A DNA stretch of 64,000 nt from an uncultured Candidatus Saccharibacteria bacterium (GTDB taxonomy: Bacteria; Patescibacteriota; Minisyncoccia; Phycocordibacterales; CAYSCM01), in assembly GCA_964429815.1 (NCBI GenBank), contig CAYSCM010000001.1:224001-288000 (forward strand). The letters run 5' to 3'. This document shows positions 55,207 through 62,225 of the stretch, one piece after another. Made by a program: the position numbers and the translations under genes. The notes beneath the pieces are model-generated. The model had not been told where the DNA came from and searched no databases. It saw only the letters and a program-made list of their open reading frames with translations. The stretch's first letter is position 1; the number at the start of each line of letters is the position of its first letter.

Positions 55207-55570
55207 ATTCTTTTCTTCCCCCGCCCTTCGGCGGGGTTTTGCTTTCGAGGCCCCTCTTCCATCCCCCAACCATCCGACCCAGTTCGTGCACTTTTTCCGA
55301 GAGAGCAGCATACCTCTTTGTGTCAAGCGCGCGCAGCTCCCATGCGACTCGTAAAAGGAATTTCGCGGTGTCTATTTTTTTGAGTGTGTGAAAAAGTGTC
55401 GGCACTTTTTCACCCGAGCCCTGATAACTTGCGGTGAAGAGAAGTTCCAGCGTGTCTATGAGCGAAAAGTCGATGCGCTCACCGAGTGTATACCGGGCGT
55501 TTTTTGGAAAGTTGTTCCTGCACTCATGCCAGATTTTATATACTGCAACAGCATGTTCAATAACCGGCAA
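55205..55570 (-). CDS. avd: Avd-like accessory protein (four-helix-bundle / 23S rRNA-IVS protein family)
   Basis: 121 aa; HAVAVYKIWHECRNNFPKNARYTLGERIDFSLIDTLELLFTASY resembles IVS/Avd four-helix-bundle proteins; on the strand opposite TR and RT; stop codon abuts the TR 3' end. Confidence 0.65.
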   Translation of the reverse strand: MPVIEHAVAVYKIWHECRNNFPKNARYTLGERIDFSLIDTLELLFTASYQGSGEKVPTLFHTLKKIDTAKFLLRVAWELRALDTKRYAALSEKVHELGRMVGGWKRGLESKTPPKGGGRKE

Positions 55571-55590
55571 AAGTCGTTGGGGGGGTCGCT

Positions 55591-56592
55591 TTGAGGTCGC
55601 AACTCGCTCATACGTATGACGATATCATCTCGCTAGAAAATCTCCTTGCCGCATGGCAGGAATTCGTGCGCGGGAAGCGCAAAAAATGCGACGTGCAAGA
55701 GTTTCAGTTTCGGCTCGTGGACAATATTCTTGAGCTCTACCGTGACTTGAAAGAGAAAACATACACGCATGGGCCGTACCACCCTTTTAAAATAAGCGAC
55801 CCTAAACCCCGCGACATCCACAAGGCGAGCGTACGCGACCGGCTCCTCCACCACGCAATATATCGGAAACTCTATCCATTCTTCGACAAAATTTTCATTG
55901 CCGATTCGTACTCATGCAGGAAAGGCAAAGGAACACACAAGGCGATGAACCGTTTTCGTTCCTTTGCATACAAGGCGAGCTTAAATCACACAAAAACGCT
56001 TTGGGTGCTCAAGTGCGACATCAAAAAGTTCTTTGCATCAGTCGATCAGCATGTTCTCCTGGAGATTATTAGGCGCTGCATTTCTGACACCGACATCCTC
56101 TGGCTCATCGAGCGAGTCGTGCAGAGTTTCAATCCCAGCAGGGAGGGCACGGGTCTCCCGCTCGGCAATCTCACCTCGCAGCTTTTAGTGAATGTGTATA
56201 TGAACGAGTTTGACCAGTTTGTGAAGCGCACCCTCAAAGCGAAATACTACATCCGTTACGCCGATGATTTTGTGATTTTCTCGCAAGATGCGAAATGGCT
56301 CCAACAAATATGCAAATATATCAGCATATTCTTACGTGAACGGCTGAAACTCGAATTGCACCCTAATAAAGTATCGATCACAACGCTCGCATCCGGTATC
56401 GATTTTCTCGGCTGGGTGAATTTTCCTGATCATCGCGTGCTACGCACCTCGACAAAGCGGCGGATGTTGAAGCGAATGACTGGTGAGCAATCTAAAGAGA
56501 TCATCAAACCGTATTTAGGGCTTCTTCAACATGGGAACAGCAAAAAGCTGCAATTGAAAATCTTGTTTGACACAGCAGAGGCAATCAAGTAA
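55591..56592 (+). CDS. DGR-type reverse transcriptase (TTG start)
   Basis: 333 aa; motifs [45 protein letters not shown] (SQ in place of group-II QG), RYADDFVIF; no maturase/X domain; G-rich RBS. Confidence 0.85.
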   Translation: MRSQLAHTYDDIISLENLLAAWQEFVRGKRKKCDVQEFQFRLVDNILELYRDLKEKTYTHGPYHPFKISDPKPRDIHKASVRDRLLHHAIYRKLYPFFDKIFIADSYSCRKGKGTHKAMNRFRSFAYKASLNHTKTLWVLKCDIKKFFASVDQHVLLEIIRRCISDTDILWLIERVVQSFNPSREGTGLPLGNLTSQLLVNVYMNEFDQFVKRTLKAKYYIRYADDFVIFSQDAKWLQQICKYISIFLRERLKLELHPNKVSITTLASGIDFLGWVNFPDHRVLRTSTKRRMLKRMTGEQSKEIIKPYLGLLQHGNSKKLQLKILFDTAEAIK

Positions 56593-56734
56593 GCTCATCC
56601 CACAAAGCCGAGTAGGGCTTTTCTTTTGGCAAGTGCTAAACCGTCTACGCGGTCGCATACTCCCAGAAGAAAGGGAAGAATACTTCTCTTTTTTCACTCC
56701 ACACGTGGGGGATTGCCAGAAGTTCGTATACCAC

Positions 56735-56920
56735 ATGGCAAAAACCTCAGTCATCGTTCGAAGCAAACGAAAGCCCAAGTTTAAGTCTCGGGTTGTTCGT
56801 CGCTGTTTCAAGTGCGGACGCAAGCGCAGCTACATGCGCGACTTTGACCTGTGCCGCATCTGCTTCCGCGAACTCGCGAACGAAGGCATGATCCCGGGCA
56901 TTAAGAAAAGCTCCTGGTAA
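56735..56920 (+). CDS. rpsN: 30S ribosomal protein S14, zinc-binding type Z
   Basis: 61 aa; [25 protein letters not shown] (C4 zinc ribbon). Confidence 0.85.
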   Translation: MAKTSVIVRSKRKPKFKSRVVRRCFKCGRKRSYMRDFDLCRICFRELANEGMIPGIKKSSW

Positions 56921-56925
56921 TTTCC

Positions 56926-57309
56926 ATGTTGATCACTGACCCAGTCGGAGATTTCATAGTGCGCCTCAAGAACGCGACCGACGCGGGACGCTCGTCGACG
57001 ACGGCGCCCTACAGCAAGCTGAGAGCCGCTATCGCGGAGAGTCTCAAGGGCCGCGGCTTCATCAAGAGCTACGACAAACGCGGCAAGAAGGCGAAAAAGG
57101 TCATCGAAATCGAACTCATCCCTGAGAAGATCCAAGGCGTCGCGCGCGTCAGCAAGCCGGGCCGCCGCCTCTACATTCGCGTCAACGAGATCAAGGCCGT
57201 CCGTTCCGGACAAGGAGCACTCGTGCTTTCGACCCCGAAGGGAATTCTCACCGATCGCGAAGCCCGCAAAGAAAACGTCGGCGGCGAAGCGCTCTTCAAA
57301 ATCTGGTAA
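56926..57309 (+). CDS. rpsH: 30S ribosomal protein S8
   Basis: 127 aa; DPVGDFIVRLKNA signature. Confidence 0.9.
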   Translation: MLITDPVGDFIVRLKNATDAGRSSTTAPYSKLRAAIAESLKGRGFIKSYDKRGKKAKKVIEIELIPEKIQGVARVSKPGRRLYIRVNEIKAVRSGQGALVLSTPKGILTDREARKENVGGEALFKIW

Positions 57310-57313
57310 TTCT

Positions 57314-57850
57314 ATGAGCCGCGTCGGAAAACAAATCATCATGGTCCCCGAAAAAACCGAGCTCACCCTCACGGGAGACCTTGTGTCTGTGAAGGGGCCG
57401 CTTGGAGAGCTCTCCCGGGCACTCGATAGCCGCATCAAGGTGGAAGTAAACGGCAACGAAGTAAAAGTTCTTCCCGCAGTCGCCGGTAAAGAGGGAGACG
57501 TCCTCTCGGGAACCTACGTCGCTCATATCAAGAATATGGTCGAGGGCGTCAACAAGCCCTTTGTTAAAAAACTCATCATCGAGGGTATCGGCTACAAGGC
57601 CGACGCGCAGGGCGATACCATCACTTTCGGCCTCGGTTTCTCGCACCCGATCAAGGTGAAGATTCCGACGGGTCTCAAGGTTACGACCGAAAAAGGTGTC
57701 ATCACGATTTCGGGAAGCAACGTCGAGCAGGTCGGGCAGTTCGCCGCGGACCTGCGGGATCTTAAGCGCCCAGAGCCGTACAAGGGGAAGGGTATCCGCT
57801 ACGAGGGCGAGGTCATTCACCGCAAGGAAGGTAAGAAGAACGTCGCATAA
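57314..57850 (+). CDS. rplF: 50S ribosomal protein L6
   Basis: 178 aa; MSRVGKQII...KPEPYKGKGIRYEGE. Confidence 0.9.
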   Translation: MSRVGKQIIMVPEKTELTLTGDLVSVKGPLGELSRALDSRIKVEVNGNEVKVLPAVAGKEGDVLSGTYVAHIKNMVEGVNKPFVKKLIIEGIGYKADAQGDTITFGLGFSHPIKVKIPTGLKVTTEKGVITISGSNVEQVGQFAADLRDLKRPEPYKGKGIRYEGEVIHRKEGKKNVA

Positions 57851-57855
57851 CCGCT

Positions 57856-58197
57856 ATGGCTTCCCTCAAAGAACAAAAACGAGAACGCCGCCACAAAAAG
57901 ATCCGCACGCGTGTCGCGGGTACCGAGTCGCGCCCACGCCTAGCTGTCTTCCGCTCCAATAAGTTCCTCTACGCGCAGCTCATTGACGATGAGAAGGGCG
58001 TTACCATAGCAGCCGCAAAAACCTCTGAGGCAAACAAGCCGATGCACGAACGAGCCGCTGCTGCGGGGGAGGAAATCGCCAAGAAGGCCCTGGCAAAAAA
58101 AATCGAGAAGGTAGTGTTCGATCGGGGCGGTTTCAAGTATGCTGGCGCGATCAAGGCATTCGCGGACGCGGCAAGGAAGGGAGGGCTTCATTTTTAG
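57856..58197 (+). CDS. rplR: 50S ribosomal protein L18
   Basis: 113 aa; RPRLAVFRSNKFLYAQLIDD...FDRGGFKY. Confidence 0.9.
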   Translation: MASLKEQKRERRHKKIRTRVAGTESRPRLAVFRSNKFLYAQLIDDEKGVTIAAAKTSEANKPMHERAAAAGEEIAKKALAKKIEKVVFDRGGFKYAGAIKAFADAARKGGLHF

Positions 58198-58203
58198 ACG
58201 ACC

Positions 58204-58803
58204 ATGACTGAGGAAACAAAAACAACGGGAGAAAATGTCGCAGTCGTGCAGGCGGCGGCTCCGGCTTCTGTTCCAGGAGGACCGCAGCGCCCCGACATGC
58301 GCGAACGACGCGCCCCACGCGGACGCGGACGCGGTGAAGGCCGCCGCGGGCAGCGCCCGGAGCGTGCTCGAAGCGAATTCGACCAGAAGATAGTCACCAT
58401 TCGGCGCGTGACTCGCGTTATGGCAGGAGGGCGCCGTTTCAATTTCTCCGTCGCGCTCGTCGCGGGGGACCGCAAAGGGCGCGTGGGTGTGGGGCTGGGT
58501 AAAGGTGCCGATACGTCGCTTGCGATCGATAAGGCACTTCGCGCGGCGAAGAAACACATGATACGCGTGCCGCTCACTCCGGAAGGACGCATTCCACATG
58601 AGGTCTCCGCAAAATTTGCAGCGTCCCGCATCATCATGAAGCCAGCTCCGGGGAAGGGCTTGGTCGCAGGAAGCTCCGCTCGCACTGTGCTTGAGCTTGC
58701 TGGTGTCAAAGATATTTCCGCCAAGCTCCTCTCAGGAAGCAAAAATCGCATCAACAACGCCCAGGTTGCGCTTGAGGCGCTTAAAACGCTCAAAGCCCGC
58801 TAA
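58204..58803 (+). CDS. rpsE: 30S ribosomal protein S5 with ~50-aa Arg/Gly-rich N-terminal extension
   Basis: Core KIVTIRRVTRVMAGGRRFNFSVALVAGD...GVKDISAKLLSGSKN. Confidence 0.9.
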   Translation: MTEETKTTGENVAVVQAAAPASVPGGPQRPDMRERRAPRGRGRGEGRRGQRPERARSEFDQKIVTIRRVTRVMAGGRRFNFSVALVAGDRKGRVGVGLGKGADTSLAIDKALRAAKKHMIRVPLTPEGRIPHEVSAKFAASRIIMKPAPGKGLVAGSSARTVLELAGVKDISAKLLSGSKNRINNAQVALEALKTLKAR

Positions 58804-58807
58804 TACC

Positions 58808-59254
58808 ATGAATCTCACCACCCTTAAACCAGCGCATCCTCGGCATAAAACGCCTCGCGTCGGCCGCGGCGGCAAACGCGGCAAGACCTCGGGCCGCGGC
58901 GGCAAGGGGCAGACCGCGCGCGCTGGCGCAAAAATACGTCCGGAATTCCGGGACATTATCAAAAAACTTCCGAAGCGTCGCGGCTACGGCCGCAACCGCT
59001 CACGCACTGTCTACACGATGCGTCCGCGGCCTATACCCATCTCGTTCGCCGACGTACTTAACGCTTTCGATGTCGGTGCAGAGGTGAACCGCAAGGCCCT
59101 CCTTGAGAAAGGGCTCATCGAGCGTCGCGGCGGCAAGCTTCCGCAGGTAAAAATCATCGGCACGGGCGAAGGCAAGAAGCTTTCCCTTGTTGGGATCGAG
59201 GTTTCAATGTCAGCACGCGCGGCCATCGAGAAAGCAGGTGGCTCCATCGCCTAG
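58808..59254 (+). CDS. rplO: 50S ribosomal protein L15
   Basis: 148 aa; LKPAHPRHKTPRVGRGGKRGKTSGRGGKGQ; directly follows rpsE with no rpmD (L30) gene between. Confidence 0.9.
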   Translation: MNLTTLKPAHPRHKTPRVGRGGKRGKTSGRGGKGQTARAGAKIRPEFRDIIKKLPKRRGYGRNRSRTVYTMRPRPIPISFADVLNAFDVGAEVNRKALLEKGLIERRGGKLPQVKIIGTGEGKKLSLVGIEVSMSARAAIEKAGGSIA

Positions 59255-59257
59255 GCC

Positions 59258-60529
59258 ATGCAATCTTTTTTCGAAAAAATCCGAGTCATCATTACCGACG
59301 CAGCGCTCCGTAATCGCATCATCTTCGTGCTCGGCGCGCTCGTCGTCTTTCGGCTTCTCGCCATAATTCCGATCCCGGGCGTCAACACAACGGCCCTCAA
59401 CCAGCTCTTCTCCAACAACCAGCTCCTGGGACTCTTCAACACTTTCTCCGGCGGGGGCCTCAGCAACCTTTCGATCGTACTCCTTGGTGTCGGTCCCTAC
59501 ATCACCGCCTCGATCATCATGCAGCTTCTCACCATTATGTCGCCGCGCCTTAAGGCGCTCTATACCGAAGAGGGGGAGGCGGGTCGGGAGAGGTTTTCCC
59601 AATACAGCCGCCTCCTCACGCTCCCCTTGGCGCTCATCCAGTCCTTCGGTTTCCTCGTTCTCCTCGAACGACAAGGCGTCGTCTCGTCGCTCTCCAATTT
59701 CAACTTTGCGGTAAACGTTCTCGTGGTCGCGGCCGGCTCGATTCTTCTCATGTGGATCGGCGAGCTCATTACGGAGTACGGCATCGGCAACGGCGTCTCG
59801 CTTATCATCTTTGCCGGCATCGTCTCGCGCCTTCCCGCAACCATCTCCCAACTCGCCTTCACCTTCACTGCCTCCCAGATCCCGCTCTATCTCACGTTCG
59901 TGATCGCGGCGGTCGCCATCGTCGCAGCGGTCGTCATCCTCACGGAAGCCGAACGACCCATTCCCATAACCTACGCCAAGCGCGTACGTGGTATGAAGGT
60001 CTACGGCGGCACTTCTACCTACCTTCCGCTTCGGCTCAACCAGGCCGGAGTTATTCCCATCATCTTCGCGCTCTCGATACTGCTCTTCCCGCAGCTCATT
60101 TTCAATTTCCTCTCGCACGCGCACAGCGATGTGATCGTCGGTATCAGCAATGTGATACTACGCTTCCTCAACAATCCGTTCGCCTACGCTGCCATCTACT
60201 TCGTTCTCGTGTTCGCCTTCACGTACTTCTATACCGCGGTCACCTTCGATCCGGATTCCATCTCGCAAAACCTTCAAAGAAACGGCGCCTTCATTCCCGG
60301 CGTGCGTCCGGGCGAGACGACGTCGCGCTACCTCGCAAAGATTCTTACCCGCCTTACGCTCGTCGGCGCAATTTTCCTCGGCATCATCGCGGTATTGCCG
60401 CTTGCAGTGCGGGCGATCACTGGCATCCAGGCGCTCGCGATAGGCGGCACCGCGCTTCTCATCGTCGTGCAAGTGGTCATCGATTTCATCCGCCGCGTCG
60501 ATGCGCAGCTCTCCATCCGGGAATATTAA
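59258..60529 (+). CDS. secY: preprotein translocase subunit SecY
   Basis: 423 aa; 10 TM; SecY signatures. Confidence 0.9.
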   Translation: MQSFFEKIRVIITDAALRNRIIFVLGALVVFRLLAIIPIPGVNTTALNQLFSNNQLLGLFNTFSGGGLSNLSIVLLGVGPYITASIIMQLLTIMSPRLKALYTEEGEAGRERFSQYSRLLTLPLALIQSFGFLVLLERQGVVSSLSNFNFAVNVLVVAAGSILLMWIGELITEYGIGNGVSLIIFAGIVSRLPATISQLAFTFTASQIPLYLTFVIAAVAIVAAVVILTEAERPIPITYAKRVRGMKVYGGTSTYLPLRLNQAGVIPIIFALSILLFPQLIFNFLSHAHSDVIVGISNVILRFLNNPFAYAAIYFVLVFAFTYFYTAVTFDPDSISQNLQRNGAFIPGVRPGETTSRYLAKILTRLTLVGAIFLGIIAVLPLAVRAITGIQALAIGGTALLIVVQVVIDFIRRVDAQLSIREY

Positions 60530-60567
60530 ACTGCAAGGAGCGCAGTGTTGGTGATAAGCTACTCTCC

Positions 60568-61167
60568 ATGGGGCCGAAAACGTTCATTTTCACGGGCCGC
60601 TCCGGCTGCGGCAAGGGGACTCAAGCATCGCTTCTTATTGATGATTATGCCCACGAAGGCCAGCCAAGCTACCGCATCGAATCAGGGGCGATGTTCCGCT
60701 CGTTTATAAGCGAGCATGGCTATACGAATGCCCTTGCCGCCGATATCCTCAATTCCGGCAAGCTTCAACCCGAGTTTCTTTCTATCTGGGTGTGGAGCAA
60801 CCTCCTTATACGTGACTTCCAAGACCCCTCCCCGCATCTCGTGCTCGACGGTATGCCGCGACGGATTCACGAAGCGCCGGTACTTGATGGGGCCCTCGAT
60901 TTCTACGATCGGGCAGAACGATTCGTGATCTATCTCAATGTGTCGAGGAAGTGGTCCGAAGACCGACTCCGCGCTAGGAAGAGGGATGACGATGTGGAGC
61001 AGTACATACAGAATCGCCTTGATTGGTTTGAAAGCGAGGTGATGAAGGTAATCGAGTTTTTCAAGAAGAATACGAAGTACACGTTTCTTGATATCAATGG
61101 CGAGCAGCCCATTGAGAAGGTTCGGGTTGATATCGCCGCTGCCATCAATGCACATTCGAAACACTAA
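60568..61167 (+). CDS. adk: adenylate kinase (divergent, short)
   Basis: 199 aa from MGPKTFIFTGRSGCGKGTQ (P-loop GxxGxGKGTQ); the long ORF-track frame 59752-61167 upstream of this Met overlaps secY and is not coding. Confidence 0.75.
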   Translation: MGPKTFIFTGRSGCGKGTQASLLIDDYAHEGQPSYRIESGAMFRSFISEHGYTNALAADILNSGKLQPEFLSIWVWSNLLIRDFQDPSPHLVLDGMPRRIHEAPVLDGALDFYDRAERFVIYLNVSRKWSEDRLRARKRDDDVEQYIQNRLDWFESEVMKVIEFFKKNTKYTFLDINGEQPIEKVRVDIAAAINAHSKH

Positions 61168-61918
61168 CGATATAGAAATTCTTCGCGAGGGAGGTCGCCG
61201 TTTGGCGGTGGTTTTGCGCCAGGTCGCTGCGGCCGTGAGGCCGGGAGTTTCCTCCGACGAGCTCAACAAGCTGGCGCAGAAACTCATCGAGGAGGGTGGC
61301 GACAGGCCGGCGTTTCTCGGCTACACGCCGGAAGGTGCTCCGCGCCCTTACCCCGCGGCGCTCTGCGTTTCCATCAACGACGAAGTCGTGCACGGTATTC
61401 CCAATGAGATACCGACCGTTCTGCGGGAGGGCGACATCGTCGCCCTCGACCTCGGGCTCATCCATAAAGGGCTCATTGTCGACGCGGCGGTTTCAGTTCC
61501 TGTCGGAAAGGTAGACGCAGAAGCACAAAGACTCATCACCACAACTAAAAAGGCTCTCGAGAAAGGCATCGCCGCTGCCCGTGGAGAGGCGAAGGTGGGC
61601 GACATCGGCGCGGCGATCCAGGCATTCGTCAAGCCGCACGGCTACGGCATCCCCCTTGAGCTCGGAGGCCACGGCGTTGGGATCAAGGTCCACGAGAAGC
61701 CCTACATTCCGAACGTTGGAAGGAAGGGGACGGGAGAGAGACTTACTGTCGGCATGGTCATTGCCATCGAACCCATGCTGAACGAAGGAAGGGCGGATGT
61801 GCGTATGGACAGCGATGATTACACCATACGGACCGCCGACGGCTCACGAAGCGCCCACTTCGAGCACACGATCTTGATAACTGAAGGCGCACCGGAAATT
61901 TTGACGAAAGAAAACTAA
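61148..61918 (+). CDS. map: methionine aminopeptidase type I
   Basis: 256 aa from MHIRNTNDIEILRE; overlaps the adk end by 20 nt; metal-binding D/D/H/E/E context. Confidence 0.9.
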   Translation: MHIRNTNDIEILREGGRRLAVVLRQVAAAVRPGVSSDELNKLAQKLIEEGGDRPAFLGYTPEGAPRPYPAALCVSINDEVVHGIPNEIPTVLREGDIVALDLGLIHKGLIVDAAVSVPVGKVDAEAQRLITTTKKALEKGIAAARGEAKVGDIGAAIQAFVKPHGYGIPLELGGHGVGIKVHEKPYIPNVGRKGTGERLTVGMVIAIEPMLNEGRADVRMDSDDYTIRTADGSRSAHFEHTILITEGAPEILTKEN

Positions 61919-61936
61919 ACAAGAGAGAATTAAAAA

Positions 61937-61967
61937 CGCGGGACCCTAAGGGTCCCGCGCCGGTTTT
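61937..61967 (+). terminator. rho-independent terminator after map (CGCGGGACCCTAAGGGTCCCGCG + TTTTT)
   Basis: 10-bp stem plus T-run; the spc/alpha-operon continuation (infA, rpmJ, rpsM, rpsK, rpsD, rpoA, rplQ) is absent downstream. Confidence 0.65.
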
Positions 61968-62225
61968 TCCGGAAGCATACCGAGAAAGTCGCTGGCGAGA
62001 CGGGACGCTCTACCTCGTCGCTGCGGCGCCTTGGCGCGCGCTCGCTCGATTTCCTGCTCGAGCGCGCGCTGCCCTTCGAGCTTTTTCCGCCTTCTTTCTT
62101 TTCGTCGCTCCCACAGCGAGTGGATAGTGGTGCGCATGAAACCCTCCAAAAAACGTTTCAGCGACTATACCGCAGGTGTGCATCTGTGCAAAGTCGCCGA
62201 TACGAGCGGGGTATACTAAGGTGCA

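Larger units (their letters stand above)
53950..56592 (+). mobile_element. diversity-generating retroelement (DGR) cassette: target gene with C-terminal VR, TR, Avd-like accessory gene (minus strand), DGR reverse transcriptase; inserted between rplE and rpsN
   Basis: VR/TR pair differing only at TR adenines, plus an RT with DGR-type motifs; see individual features. Confidence 0.85.

Noticed and set aside
55104-55391. ORF-track entry MNANWNADNGGWNVNANSV... (95 aa)
   Set aside because: It is the DGR template repeat read in the VR frame (AAC-rich), continuing through the post-TR hairpin and the antisense strand of avd. It is not a gene.
59752-61167. 471-aa ORF overlapping secY and adk
   Set aside because: The upstream 270 aa are an Arg/His-rich out-of-frame read-through of secY. 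The real gene starts at Met 60568 (adenylate kinase P-loop).
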